Assembly: GCA_024637225.1 (NCBI GenBank)
Contig: JAGXFP010000071.1
Coordinates: 48,784 to 112,783, forward strand
DNA from: Desulfobacterales bacterium
GTDB lineage: Bacteria > Desulfobacterota > Desulfobulbia > Desulfobulbales > JAGXFP01
DNA: 64,000 nt
Direction of reading: 5' to 3'
Shown: piece after piece, positions 11,158 through 21,195 of the stretch
Layout: each line of letters opens with the position of its first letter
Numbering within the stretch: position 1 is the first letter of the stretch
Notes under the pieces: model-generated
Seen by the model: the letters and a program-made list of their open reading frames with translations, nothing else
What the model was told of the DNA's origin: nothing
The model's database searches: none
Made by a program: the position numbers and the translations under genes

Positions 11158-12397
11158 AATCTGCGGCTTGCTGAACTCCCTTGCGCAAAAGGGCGCCGGC
11201 CAGCCAGTTGTCTGGCCGCGGTTCGGTGATCAGATGGACCAGGTTGCCGGGGTTGGCTTTTTCGAGGCGGAGCCCTTCCGAATCGATGATCTCGATGACC
11301 CGGTGGGAGCTGCCCGCCAGGCGCCGGCCGAGATATTCGACGGTCTGCCCCGGCAGGAGGGGATTTCTGATATCGATCAAAGGACTGTCGCCGCCTTCGA
11401 CGACAATGCCGGCCGGATGATGGGTCGGGGCCAGATGTGATTCGTCGTATAGCATGTCCTTGCGCTCGGGCGGGTCGCTCAGGAAATTTTCGGTATAGCC
11501 CCGGGAGCCCACTTTTTTCAGTTCGGCCATGAATTTCCCGTCGAGGACCGGCAGGCCGGTTTCGGGCCAGTTGTCGAAGAGATCATCGATGGCGGCCCGG
11601 TAGACCCTGGTCACCGCGCCGGTATAGTAGATGGTCTTCATCCTGCCCTCGATCTTCAGGCAGTCGACCCCGGCGCTGATCAGCTCCGGCAGCCGGTTCA
11701 GCAGGCAGAGGTCGCGGGAGTTGAAGATGTAGGTGCCCCGCTGGTCTTCCTCGACCGGAAAATACTGGCCGGGCCGTTTCTCTTCGATCAGCTTGTAGTT
11801 GTAGCGGCAAGGATGGGCGCAGTCACCCCGGTTGGCGCTGCGGCCGGTCAGGTAGCAGCTCAACAGGCAGCGGCCCGAATAGGAGATGCAGAGGGCGCCG
11901 TGGGCGAAGACCTCGATCTCGAGATCGGTACCGTTTTTGATCTCGGTGATCTCGGCCAGGGAAAGCTCGCGGGCGGCGTTGATCCTCTTTACCCCCTGCT
12001 CCTGCCAGAAGCGGGCGCTCTCCAGATTGGTGACGTTGGCCTGGGTGGAGAGGTGAATCGGCAGGCCGGGTAAGGTGTTCCGGGCCAGCCGCATGATGCC
12101 GGGATCGGAGACGATCAGGCCGTCGACCTGCGCTGTGCCGAGGCTTTCCAGGTAAGCCGGCAGCTCGGCGAAATCGCGGTTATGGGCGAAGATATTGACG
12201 GTTACGTATATCTTGACGCCGCGTTCATGGGCATAGTCGGCGGCCCGGGCGATCTCGTTTTCCGAAAAATTGGCGGCATGGGCCCGGAGGCTGAATTTCT
12301 GGCCGCCCAGATAGACGGCGTCGGCGCCGTAATGGATCGCGGCCCGCATCTTGGCGAAGCTGCCGGCCGGGGCGAGTAGTTCGGGTTTTTTCAGCAT
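11156..12397 (-). CDS. peptidase U32 family protein (family includes the RNA hydroxylases RlhA/TrhP)
   Basis: LLAPAGS, YVTVNIF, VDGLIVSDPG, IHLSTQANVTN, EVFAHGALCISYSGRCLLS. The start MLKKPELLAP at 12397 is preferred over the track start at 12463. Confidence 0.85.
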   Translation of the reverse strand: MLKKPELLAPAGSFAKMRAAIHYGADAVYLGGQKFSLRAHAANFSENEIARAADYAHERGVKIYVTVNIFAHNRDFAELPAYLESLGTAQVDGLIVSDPGIMRLARNTLPGLPIHLSTQANVTNLESARFWQEQGVKRINAARELSLAEITEIKNGTDLEIEVFAHGALCISYSGRCLLSCYLTGRSANRGDCAHPCRYNYKLIEEKRPGQYFPVEEDQRGTYIFNSRDLCLLNRLPELISAGVDCLKIEGRMKTIYYTGAVTRVYRAAIDDLFDNWPETGLPVLDGKFMAELKKVGSRGYTENFLSDPPERKDMLYDESHLAPTHHPAGIVVEGGDSPLIDIRNPLLPGQTVEYLGRRLAGSSHRVIEIIDSEGLRLEKANPGNLVHLITEPRPDNWLAGALLRKGVQQAAD

Positions 12398-12422
12398 GTT
12401 ATTCCATGGTCGATTAAGTTGC

Positions 12423-12549
12423 GATGGCGTCGCAAAAAGTCGCCAGCTCCTGCGTTGCTGCAAATTGTCTCGTCATTGCAGCGTACTGGAGTACGCTTCA
12501 TTCCTCGAAATTTGCGCGCCTTGGATCTGACGATTTTTGCTTAGCCATC
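12423..12549 (+). mobile_element. 127-bp MITE-like element, copy A
   Basis: GATGGCGTCGCAAAAAGTCGCC...GACGATTTTTGCTTAGCCATC, with imperfect terminal inverted repeats of about 20 bp and internal hairpins (GCTGCAA..TTGCAGC; GCGTAC-TGGA-GTACGC). It is near-identical to 62844-62970 and to the reverse complement of 18135-18261. Confidence 0.9.
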
Positions 12550-12614
12550 CTCTTTTTTGATTTTTTGCGGGCTTAATTTTTTTCTACCCGCCAGGGGGTA
12601 AGGCAAGCTATGGT

Positions 12615-12861
12615 CCTGAATCCGTGAGCGTTCGAGAGCGGTGCAGATGCAAGGCGGCGACGATGTTGATAATACTAATGGTATTTCACAAGTTGCCTAC
12701 ACGGCACTCCAAGGGCACTTCCTGCGGGGCGCAGATGCGCCGTTATCGGGCGCCTCGCTGGGTGGCGGGGTGAACCATGGCAACCTAAGGGAAAAACGAT
12801 TATCAAATGCAATTACAAACGAATAAAGTAAAATTTACCACGAAGCCGTCACGGATTCAGG
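12615..12861. repeat. inverted-repeat-bounded element (about 247 bp) upstream of mnmA
   Basis: CCTGAATCCGTGA at the left end and TCACGGATTCAGG at the right end form perfect 13-nt inverted repeats. The left 37 nt recur at 2107-2143. Confidence 0.6.
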
Positions 12862-12954
12862 ATGGTGTTAAGCCGGGATCCGTGACAAGGGTGCTATCTT
12901 ACTCTTATCCCGAGGTTTATTGCAATCTTTCCTTTGCCGGAGTTTTCAGCGTAA

Positions 12955-13998
12955 ATGACAGGTAAAAAAGCGGCGGTGGCCATGAGCGGCGGGGTGGACA
13001 GTTCGGTGACCGCCGCCCTTCTCAAAAAAGAGGGCTATGAGGTCCGGGGGGTTTTCATGGCCCTGGCCCAGTCCGATCTCGACGAGCAGGTGGCCCGGGT
13101 CCGGGCGATGGCCGACCGGCTGGGGGTCGAGCTTACCGTGATCGATCTGCGGGCCGATTTTGAAAGAGCGGTTCTTGACTATTTTCGGGACAGCTATTTT
13201 CGGGGCCTGACCCCCAATCCCTGCGTGATCTGCAATCGGCAGATCAAGTTCGGCCTCTTTCTGGAAAAGGCCCTGGCTTCAGGCGCCGACTTTCTGGCCA
13301 CCGGCCATTATGTCAGGCGGCAGAAGGGGGAGGACGGCCGGTACCATCTGCTCAAAGGCGTCGATCCGGCCAAGGACCAGTCCTACTTCCTCTGCCTTCT
13401 TGAGCAGGAACAGCTGGCCAGGAGCCGTTTTCCTCTAGGCGGCTACCATAAGGACCAGGTCTATGAACTGGCCGGCGAACTGGGCCTTGAGTTCGAGCGT
13501 AGCGAAGAAAGCCAGGATGTCTGCTTCCTCAAAGGGCGGGAGATCGGCGCTTATCTCGATAACAGCGGCGCGGTCCGGGACGGGAGCGGACCGGTGGTGA
13601 CGGTCGACGGCAGGGAGGTGGGGCGCCATTCGGGAATTCATCACTTTACCGTGGGTCAGCGGCGCGGCCTGGGCATCCCCGATGCCACCCCCTGGTATGT
13701 GGTGGGGCTTGAGCCGGAAGGCAACCGGGTGGTGGTCGGCAAGCAGGAGGATTTGTATCGTTCCCGGCTGCGGGTGGCGGAACTGAACTGGCTGGCCGGC
13801 CGGCCTCCCGGGTTGCCGGGTGAATTCGAGGTCCGGATCCGCTACCGTCAGCAGCCGGTGCCGGCCCGGGTCGAGCCGGTTGGGGAGGGCGGTTTCGATA
13901 TTTTTTTTACCGCGCCCCAGCGGGCGGTTTCGCCGGGCCAGTTCGCCGCCCTCTACCGGGGAGAGGAGTTGTTGGGCGGCGGGCCGATTGTTCGTTAA
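12955..13998 (+). CDS. mnmA: tRNA 2-thiouridine(34) synthase
   Basis: PP-loop AVAMSGGVDSSV, catalytic NPCVICN, and typical length (347 aa). Confidence 0.95.
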   Translation: MTGKKAAVAMSGGVDSSVTAALLKKEGYEVRGVFMALAQSDLDEQVARVRAMADRLGVELTVIDLRADFERAVLDYFRDSYFRGLTPNPCVICNRQIKFGLFLEKALASGADFLATGHYVRRQKGEDGRYHLLKGVDPAKDQSYFLCLLEQEQLARSRFPLGGYHKDQVYELAGELGLEFERSEESQDVCFLKGREIGAYLDNSGAVRDGSGPVVTVDGREVGRHSGIHHFTVGQRRGLGIPDATPWYVVGLEPEGNRVVVGKQEDLYRSRLRVAELNWLAGRPPGLPGEFEVRIRYRQQPVPARVEPVGEGGFDIFFTAPQRAVSPGQFAALYRGEELLGGGPIVR

Positions 13999-14058
13999 GC
14001 CTTATAAAAAATCCCGGCGGCCATCCCGCTTGACTAATTCGGGTAAACATATATAAAT

Positions 14059-14143
14059 GATGGCGTCGCAAAAACTCCGATCTACTGTGTCGCACCTTGG
14101 GGCACTTCCTTCGGCTGGATATTGGGATTTTTTGCCTAGTCAT
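14059..14143. mobile_element. short MITE-like element (about 85 bp), same terminus superfamily
   Basis: It starts GATGGCGTCGCAAAAACTCC and ends GGGATTTTTTGCCTAGTCATT, an inverted imperfect copy of the terminus. Confidence 0.6.
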
Positions 14144-14337
14144 TTCCTGGTTTTTGCGAAATTATCGTAAACGGCGGCGGCGCAAGAAGGCACCGGCTCT
14201 CAGCGTTGCGGTGATTGTCTGGTTTGTTGCGTGGATATGAGTCCGCGCGCTTGGCTGGAATTTGAGATGATTTTACCCCGCAAGGGGATATTTATGGAAG
14301 ATGCGTTTTCCCCCTTTCTAATTTAAAGTTCTTACCC

Positions 14338-15669
14338 ATGAGCGATTCTTCGACAAAAAAGCGGGTGGCGCTGGCCACCCTGGGCTGCAAGGTGAACCAG
14401 TTCGAGTCCGCCGCTTTTCTCTCATCGCTGGCGGAACGCGGAGTTGAGGTAGTGCCTTTTTCTCAGGAGGCCGACGTCTATATCGTCAATACCTGCGCGG
14501 TTACAGCAAAGGCCGGGGCCCAGTCCCGGCAGATGATCAGGCGGGCGCTGCGGAAGAATCCCGCCGCCCGGCTGGTGGTGACCGGCTGCTATGCCCAGGT
14601 CGCATCCCAGGATATCCTGGAGATCGTCGAGCAACCCCTCTGCGTCGTCGGCAACGGCTTCAAACAGAAGCTGGTTGAGGTCGCCCTCTCCGATGGACAT
14701 TGCGATCTGGAGATGCAGATGGGCGATATCAGCCGGAGCAGGGAGATCAGTCCTCTTACGGTCAAGAGTTTCGGCGAGCGGACCCGCGCCTATCTGCGCA
14801 TCCAGGACGGCTGCAACAGTTTCTGTACGTACTGTATCGTGCCCTTTTCCAGGGGACGGAGCCGCAGCCAATTGCCGGACCGGGCGGTTGAGCAGGCCCG
14901 GATTTTTGCCGACGGGGGCTACCGGGAACTGGTGGTGACCGGCATCCATACCGGCACCTACGGCCATGATCTCGATCCGGCCACCGATCTGGTCAGCCTG
15001 CTGCGCCGCCTCCTCGAGGAATGCCCGCTACGTTACCGGATCAGCTCTCTTGACCCGGGTGAGATCAGCGATGAGCTGCTCGAATTGATCGCGGCCGAGA
15101 AAAACCTGCTGCCCCATCTTCACATCCCGCTGCAGAGCGGCGACGACGGGATTCTCACCAAGATGCACCGGCATTACCGGGGCGAGGATTTTGCCGAATT
15201 GATCGGCCGGATCAGAAAAATTCTGCCGGCGGCGGCGATCGGGGTCGATGTGATGGCCGGTTTCCCTGGTGAGGACGAGCGGGCCTTTCAGAATACCTAC
15301 GATCTGCTGGCCCGGCTGCCGGTCACCTATCTTCATGTTTTCCCTTATTCGAAGCGGCCGGGAACGGTCGCGGCCTCCATGGTCGGCCAGGTTTTGAAAC
15401 AGGTCAAGGATGAACGGGTCGCCGCCCTTCGGGAACTGGGCGAGCGAAAAAGGCAGGAGTTTTATGAGGCCCATCTCGGCGAGACCAGGGAGGTGCTGGT
15501 CGAAGGCGGCGGCTGCCGGAAGCCCGGCGGGCTGAAGGGTTTTACCGACAACTATATCCCGGTCAGCTTCAGGGGAGCACCCGGCTTGATTAATCGGCTG
15601 GTCAAGGTTAGACTCGAGGGTTTGGAGACCGCGGGAGTGGTTGGCACCATGGTGGAGGAGGAAAGATGA
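14338..15669 (+). CDS. mtaB: tRNA (t6A37) methylthiotransferase MtaB (radical SAM)
   Basis: N-terminal UPF0004 region LGCKVNQFES..NTCAVT and the radical-SAM motif CNSFCTYCIVP. The MtaB-type layout was recognised by eye. Confidence 0.85.
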   Translation: MSDSSTKKRVALATLGCKVNQFESAAFLSSLAERGVEVVPFSQEADVYIVNTCAVTAKAGAQSRQMIRRALRKNPAARLVVTGCYAQVASQDILEIVEQPLCVVGNGFKQKLVEVALSDGHCDLEMQMGDISRSREISPLTVKSFGERTRAYLRIQDGCNSFCTYCIVPFSRGRSRSQLPDRAVEQARIFADGGYRELVVTGIHTGTYGHDLDPATDLVSLLRRLLEECPLRYRISSLDPGEISDELLELIAAEKNLLPHLHIPLQSGDDGILTKMHRHYRGEDFAELIGRIRKILPAAAIGVDVMAGFPGEDERAFQNTYDLLARLPVTYLHVFPYSKRPGTVAASMVGQVLKQVKDERVAALRELGERKRQEFYEAHLGETREVLVEGGGCRKPGGLKGFTDNYIPVSFRGAPGLINRLVKVRLEGLETAGVVGTMVEEER

Positions 15670-16940
15670 ACGGTGAAATAATCGCCATCGGCGACGAACT
15701 TACCTCCGGTCGAATTCTTAATACGACCAGCTATTTTGCCGCCGGCCAGTTATTCGCCGCCGGGCACGAGGTAACCGCGATGACCACCATCGGCGATGAT
15801 CCGAAGCTGATCGGCAAAACCCTGCTCGACGCCCTGGCCCGGGCCGATTTCGTCATCGTTACCGGCGGCCTGGGGGCAACCAGCGACGATCTGACCAGTG
15901 AGGCGGTGGCCGATGCCCTGGAGCGGCCTTCGACCTTCTATCCCGAGGTTCTCCGCCAGATCAGGGCGACGAACAAAGCTGCCCCGGCGGAACCACACCC
16001 CTCCCTGGAAAAGCTGGCCTGGCTGCCGGCCGGGGCCCATGCCCTCAAAAACGAAACCAGCGCGGCCGGCTATTTTCTGGTTCATGATAACAAGCCGATC
16101 TTCTTTCTGCCGGGGGTACCCTATGAAATGGAGGAGCTTCTGGTCGAAACGGTGATCAGCCGTCTGGCGGTTTGGGAAGGCGAGGAAGTGCGTCAGGTCA
16201 GACAACGGCTTTACCGGGTGGCCGGGCTGCCCGAAACCGGGATCAACCAGCGGCTGGCCCCCCTGACCGAAGGTCAAGGGCGAATCCGGATCGGTTACTA
16301 TCCGGTCTTTCCCGAGGTCCATGTCAGCTTGACCGTGGTCGGATCCGAAGAAAGGGATACGGATCATCTTTTCGGCGAGGTTGATGCCCGGATTCGCGGC
16401 TTGTTGGAAGAAAATCTTTACGGGACCGAGGAAGAAACCCTTGAAGCCGTGGTCGGTCGCTTGCTGGTCGATAACGGCATGGTCCTGGCTCTGGCCGAGT
16501 CCTGCACCGGCGGTCTGATCTCCTATCGGATCACCAGGGTGCCCGGCAGCTCCGAATATTTTCTGGGCGGGGCGGTGACCTACAGCAATGAATTAAAGGA
16601 ACAGATGCTCGGAGTCGACGGAGAGCTCCTTGCCGAGTACGGCGCGGTGAGTCCTGAGACGGCCCGGGCGATGGCCGAGGGGATCCGCCGGAAGACCGGC
16701 GCCGATATCGCCCTGGCGGTGACCGGTATTGCCGGACCCTCGGGAGGTACCGCGGCCAAACCGGTGGGCACTGTCTGTTACGGCCTGGCGACCTCGGCGG
16801 GTACCGAGGATTGCAAGTCCAGTTTTAACGGAGAGCGCTGGCAGGTCCAGGAAGCGGCCTGTCATAAGGGTTTGGACATATTAAGACTGGCCATGCTCAG
16901 GCATGATTATGCGAAGAATCAATCCTGTCAGCGTTTATAA
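15666..16940 (+). CDS. cinA: CinA-family competence/damage-inducible protein (MoCF-like domain + PncC nicotinamide-nucleotide amidase domain)
   Basis: [16 protein letters not shown] at the N-terminus and ESCTGGLI in the C-terminal domain. ATGA overlap with mtaB. It lies directly upstream of recA, a widely conserved arrangement. Confidence 0.9.
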   Translation: MNGEIIAIGDELTSGRILNTTSYFAAGQLFAAGHEVTAMTTIGDDPKLIGKTLLDALARADFVIVTGGLGATSDDLTSEAVADALERPSTFYPEVLRQIRATNKAAPAEPHPSLEKLAWLPAGAHALKNETSAAGYFLVHDNKPIFFLPGVPYEMEELLVETVISRLAVWEGEEVRQVRQRLYRVAGLPETGINQRLAPLTEGQGRIRIGYYPVFPEVHVSLTVVGSEERDTDHLFGEVDARIRGLLEENLYGTEEETLEAVVGRLLVDNGMVLALAESCTGGLISYRITRVPGSSEYFLGGAVTYSNELKEQMLGVDGELLAEYGAVSPETARAMAEGIRRKTGADIALAVTGIAGPSGGTAAKPVGTVCYGLATSAGTEDCKSSFNGERWQVQEAACHKGLDILRLAMLRHDYAKNQSCQRL

Positions 16941-16969
16941 TTAAAACCTCTTTAGGGGGAAATGTACCG

Positions 16970-17995
16970 ATGACTTCAGCCACAGATAAAAGCAAAACGA
17001 TAGACTCGGCGATAAACCAGATCCAGAAACAGTTCGGCAAGGGCTCGATCATGCGGCTCGGCACCGATACGGCCGAAGCGGTACCGGCGATTCCCACCGG
17101 CGCCTTGAGCCTGGACATCGCCACCGGGGTCGGCGGCATTCCACGGGGCCGGATCACCGAGATCTACGGGCCGGAATCCTCCGGCAAGACCACCCTGGCT
17201 CTCCATGTTATCGCCGAGGCCCAGAAGAGGGGCGGCACCGCCGCCTTTATCGACGCCGAACACGCTCTGGATACCACCTATGCCGAGCAGCTCGGGGTCA
17301 ATGTCGACGACCTCCTGGTCTCCCAGCCCGATTACGGCGAGCAGGCCCTGGAGATCGCCGAGATTTTGGTGCGCAGCGGCGCGATCGACGTAATCGTTAT
17401 CGATTCGGTCGCCGCTCTGGTCCCGAAAGCCGAGATTGACGGCAATGTCGGCGATTCCCATGTCGGTCTCCAGGCCCGGCTGATGTCCCAGTCGATGCGG
17501 AAGATGACCGGCATCTTGAACCGCTCCAAGACCGCGCTGATCTTCATCAACCAGATCAGAATCAAGATCGGGGTCATGTACGGCAATCCGGAAACCACCA
17601 CCGGCGGCAACGCCCTGAAATTCTACAGCTCGCTGCGGATGGATATCCGCAAAATGACCGCCATCAAGGACGGCACCGAGGTGATCGGCAACCGCACCAA
17701 GGTCAAGTTCGTCAAGAACAAGGTGGCGCCGCCCTTCAAGATCGTTGAGTTCGATATTATCTACGGGGAGGGGATCTCCAAGGTCGGTGATCTGCTCGAT
17801 CTGGCCGCCGAACAGGATATCGTCGAAAAAAGCGGGGCCTGGTACTCCTTTAACGGCGAACGGATCGGGCAGGGCCGGGAGAATGCCAAGGCCTTCCTGA
17901 AGGACCATCCGGATGTCTGCGCCGATATAGAGCATAAGGTGAAGCTTGGTTATGGTATCGCGGTCGAGGGCGACGAAAAAAAGGCTAAAGCCTGA
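16970..17995 (+). CDS. recA: recombinase RecA
   Basis: Walker [10 protein letters not shown] plus [16 protein letters not shown] and [25 protein letters not shown]. Confidence 0.98.
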   Translation: MTSATDKSKTIDSAINQIQKQFGKGSIMRLGTDTAEAVPAIPTGALSLDIATGVGGIPRGRITEIYGPESSGKTTLALHVIAEAQKRGGTAAFIDAEHALDTTYAEQLGVNVDDLLVSQPDYGEQALEIAEILVRSGAIDVIVIDSVAALVPKAEIDGNVGDSHVGLQARLMSQSMRKMTGILNRSKTALIFINQIRIKIGVMYGNPETTTGGNALKFYSSLRMDIRKMTAIKDGTEVIGNRTKVKFVKNKVAPPFKIVEFDIIYGEGISKVGDLLDLAAEQDIVEKSGAWYSFNGERIGQGRENAKAFLKDHPDVCADIEHKVKLGYGIAVEGDEKKAKA

Positions 17996-18045
17996 GAGAT
18001 TCGGGCCGCCCGCGGCTGCCGGACCACGATTTGCCGCAAAACCTC

Positions 18046-18090
18046 AAAAACCGCCGGAGCGGCTTGATTCGCTCCGCTCGCGGTTTTTTG
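18046..18090 (+). terminator. rho-independent terminator after recA
   Basis: AAAAACCGCCGGAGCG-GCTTGATT-CGCTCCGCTCGCGG followed by TTTTTT. Confidence 0.7.
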
Positions 18091-18134
18091 CGAGACCGCT
18101 AATTTTGATAAACTCGCATAAAATCGAAAATAGA

Positions 18135-18261
18135 GATGGCTAAGCAAAAATCGTCAGATCCAAGGCGCGCGAATTTTGAGGAATGAAGCGTACTTCAGTA
18201 CGTTGCAATGACGAGACAATTTGCAGCAACGCAGGAGCTGGCGACTTTTTGCGACGCCATC
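18135..18261 (-). mobile_element. 127-bp MITE-like element, copy B (inverted)
   Basis: Reverse complement of copy A with a few substitutions. It ends 52 nt upstream of the alaS ATG. A solo terminus-like GATAAACTCGCATAAAATCG lies just before it, at about 18103. Confidence 0.9.
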
Positions 18262-18313
18262 AATCCTGGTTCATTTTAATGATATTAAACCTGTGTGAGA
18301 GAAGTTTTAAAAG

Positions 18314-20956
18314 ATGACTGGAAATGAGATAAGAGCTCGTTTTTTAAAGTATTTTGGCGACCGCGATCATGAAATTGTGGCTGGTTCCCCCCTGGTTCCC
18401 CACGACGATCCCACCCTGCTTTTTACCAATGCCGGAATGGTGCAGTTCAAGCGGGTGTTCATGGGCGAGGAAAAAAGAGACTATGTCCGGGCCGCCACCT
18501 CCCAGCGCTGTCTTCGGGCGGGCGGCAAGCATAACGATCTTGAAAACGTCGGCTACACGGCGCGTCACCATACCTTTTTCGAGATGCTCGGCAACTTCTC
18601 CTTCGGCGATTATTTCAAGGAAGAGGCGATTCGCTACGCCTGGGAATTTCTGACCGAGGAACTGGGCCTCGAGCGGAGCAGGTTGTGGATCTCGGTTTTT
18701 GACGACGACGACGAGGCCTTCGCGCTCTGGGAAAAGGTGGAAGGTGTTACCCCGGAGCGGATCGTCAGGATGGGTGAAGAGGAAAACTTCTGGTCCATGG
18801 GCGACACCGGCCCCTGCGGCCCCTGTTCCGAGATTCATTACGATCAGGGGGAGGAGATGGCCTGCGGACCGGACTGCCGATTGGGCTGCGACTGCGACCG
18901 CTACCTGGAGATCTGGAATCTGGTCTTTATGCAGTTCAACCGGGCCGCGGACGGCGCCATGACCCCCCTGCCCAAGCCGAGCATCGACACCGGCATGGGG
19001 TTGGAGCGGATCACCGCGGTTATGCAGGGCAAGCGGACCAATTACGACTCGGATCTCTTCACCGGCATCTTCGCGCGGATCGCCGAGGTAACCGGCCGGG
19101 AGTACGGCAGGGAAGACAAGATCGATACCGCCATGCGGGTTATCGCCGATCACAGCCGGGCCACCACCTTTCTGGTGGCCGACGGGGTGCTGCCCTCGAA
19201 CGAAGGCCGAGGTTATGTCCTGCGGCGCATCATGCGGCGGGCCATCCGCTTCGGCCGCTTTCTGGGGATGAAAACACCTTTCCTGGCCAGTATCACGGCG
19301 GCGGTTGCCGAGCAGATGGGGGAGGCCTATCCCCATCTCCTGGAGAGCCGGGAGCTTTTGGAAAAAGTGGTCGATAATGAGGAGGAGCGCTTTCTGGAGA
19401 CCATCGACCACGGCCTGGTGATGCTCAACCAGGAACTTTCCCGCCTCAAGAAGGCCGGCGAAAAAGTGGTGGCCGGAGATTTTATCTTCAAGCTCTACGA
19501 TACGTACGGTTTCCCGGTGGATATTGTCCGCGATATCGCGATCGAGAAGGGCCTCTCCGCCGATGAAGCGGGTTTTAACCAGGCCATGGCGGCCCAGCGC
19601 CAGCAGTCCAGGAAATCCTGGAGGGGCGCGACTCTCGCCGAACTGGGCCGGGGGGTGAAGACCCTGCTGGAGAAAGGAACGCGGAGCAAATTTCTCGGTT
19701 ACGAAACCTTGCGGTGCGAGACGGAAATTGCCGCCCTTCTTGACGAACAGGGTGAACTGATTTCCGGGGCTACGAACGGGGAGAAGGTCTCGATAGTCTG
19801 TTCCGAAACCCCTTTCTATGCCGAGGCTGGCGGGCAGAGTGGCGACCAGGGCGAAATCATGGGTCCGAACGGCACGGCCGTGGTACTTGACACGATCAGT
19901 GCGGGTGAGGGATTGATTATCCACCGAGCCGAAGTCAGGGCAGGTGCCCTCGCTGAAAATGACAAAGTGACCATGGAAGTTGATCGGGAGCTGCGGCAGC
20001 GCACCGCCGATAACCACACCGCCACCCATCTGTTGCAGGCCGCCCTTAAAAAAGTACTGGGCGAGCACGTCAAACAGGCCGGCTCCCAGGTCGATCCGGA
20101 GCGGATGCGCTTCGATTTCACCAATTTTTCGGCCCTTAACCCGGATCAAATCGAGCAGGTCGAGAATCTGATTAACCGGGAGATCAGGCGCAACAGCCGG
20201 GTCGATACCGCGGTCCTCGCCCGCGAGGAGGCGATCAGGGCGGGGGCCACGGCTCTTTTCGGTGAAAAATACGCGGACGAGGTCCGGGTGGTGAGCGTAG
20301 CTAAATATAGCAAGGAACTGTGCGGCGGCACCCATGTCGGCGCCACCGGCGAAATCGGCCTGTTCAAGATTGTCAGCGAGACCGGTATCGCCGCCGGGGT
20401 TCGCCGGATCGAGGCGGTGACCGGTCCCGGCGCCCTCCATCGTTTTCAGCAGGATGAGCGCCAGCTCGCCGCAATTGCCGAACAACTTAAAAGCACCCCG
20501 GAAGAAATTTCGGCCCGGATCGGCAGAATCCAGGCTCGACAGAAAGAACTTGAGAGAGAGCTTGCCCGTCTTGCGGCCCGGCAATCGGTCAGCGATCTCG
20601 ACAGCATCATCGATGGGGCTCGGCTGGTCGGCGGGACCAGGGTGATTGCCGCCAGGATCTCGGTTGATTCGCCGAAGACCATGCGGGAGGTTGGTGACCG
20701 GCTGCGCGACAAGCTCGGTTCAGGCGTGGCGGTGATCGGGGCGGTTTTTGATGATAAAGTCAGCCTGCTGGCCATTGTCAGCAAGGATCTGACCAAGACA
20801 TTCCATGCCGGCAAGCTGGTCAAGGAAGTGGCGGTAATTGTCGGCGGCAGCGGCGGCGGGCGCCCGGACATGGCCCAGGCCGGCGGCACTATGCCGGACC
20901 GGCTTGACGAGGCCCTGGCGGCGGTACCTGCTGCGGTCGAGAAGCAGAAGGGGTGA
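18314..20956 (+). CDS. alaS: alanine--tRNA ligase
   Basis: FTNAGMVQFK, RAGGKHNDLENVG, FFEMLGNFSFGDYFK, the editing-domain HTATHLL, and C-terminal GGGRPDMAQAGG. Confidence 0.98.
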   Translation: MTGNEIRARFLKYFGDRDHEIVAGSPLVPHDDPTLLFTNAGMVQFKRVFMGEEKRDYVRAATSQRCLRAGGKHNDLENVGYTARHHTFFEMLGNFSFGDYFKEEAIRYAWEFLTEELGLERSRLWISVFDDDDEAFALWEKVEGVTPERIVRMGEEENFWSMGDTGPCGPCSEIHYDQGEEMACGPDCRLGCDCDRYLEIWNLVFMQFNRAADGAMTPLPKPSIDTGMGLERITAVMQGKRTNYDSDLFTGIFARIAEVTGREYGREDKIDTAMRVIADHSRATTFLVADGVLPSNEGRGYVLRRIMRRAIRFGRFLGMKTPFLASITAAVAEQMGEAYPHLLESRELLEKVVDNEEERFLETIDHGLVMLNQELSRLKKAGEKVVAGDFIFKLYDTYGFPVDIVRDIAIEKGLSADEAGFNQAMAAQRQQSRKSWRGATLAELGRGVKTLLEKGTRSKFLGYETLRCETEIAALLDEQGELISGATNGEKVSIVCSETPFYAEAGGQSGDQGEIMGPNGTAVVLDTISAGEGLIIHRAEVRAGALAENDKVTMEVDRELRQRTADNHTATHLLQAALKKVLGEHVKQAGSQVDPERMRFDFTNFSALNPDQIEQVENLINREIRRNSRVDTAVLAREEAIRAGATALFGEKYADEVRVVSVAKYSKELCGGTHVGATGEIGLFKIVSETGIAAGVRRIEAVTGPGALHRFQQDERQLAAIAEQLKSTPEEISARIGRIQARQKELERELARLAARQSVSDLDSIIDGARLVGGTRVIAARISVDSPKTMREVGDRLRDKLGSGVAVIGAVFDDKVSLLAIVSKDLTKTFHAGKLVKEVAVIVGGSGGGRPDMAQAGGTMPDRLDEALAAVPAAVEKQKG

Positions 20957-21044
20957 AATACACCTCTGTCTTTTTGTGCGGACCCGACTCATTTCCCCGT
21001 TTTCACGGTTTGCATGGGCGCTCGTCCGATGTTCAGGAAAAATA

Positions 21045-21073
21045 TTGACAGCGCTTTTCTAATGGGTTAGAAA
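21045..21073 (+). promoter_or_regulatory. candidate sigma70-type promoter of the atp operon
   Basis: TTGACA (21045-21050), a 17-nt spacer, then TAGAAA (21068-21073). Pattern match only. Confidence 0.3.
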
Positions 21074-21195
21074 TCCGTATTTTAAATGAACGGCTATTCA
21101 TTTGCTGCTTGGGTGATAAACCCCGTGAGATGAGGCGATAGCAGTCAATCTCCTCTAAAAATTTGAATTATAAAGCAGGTATCAGGGAGCGGATA

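Noticed and set aside
18344-20584. 746-aa ORF on the minus strand
   Set aside because: It is entirely antisense to alaS, which has unambiguous class II synthetase motifs. Its composition is Gly/Pro/Arg/Ala-rich, typical of shadow frames in GC-rich DNA. The same reasoning applies to 22718-24190 (antisense atpA), 31079-32683 and 32723-33742 (antisense mutS), 9630-10685 (antisense tgt), 16976-17935 (antisense recA), 37200-38120 (antisense metG) and 40991-42403.
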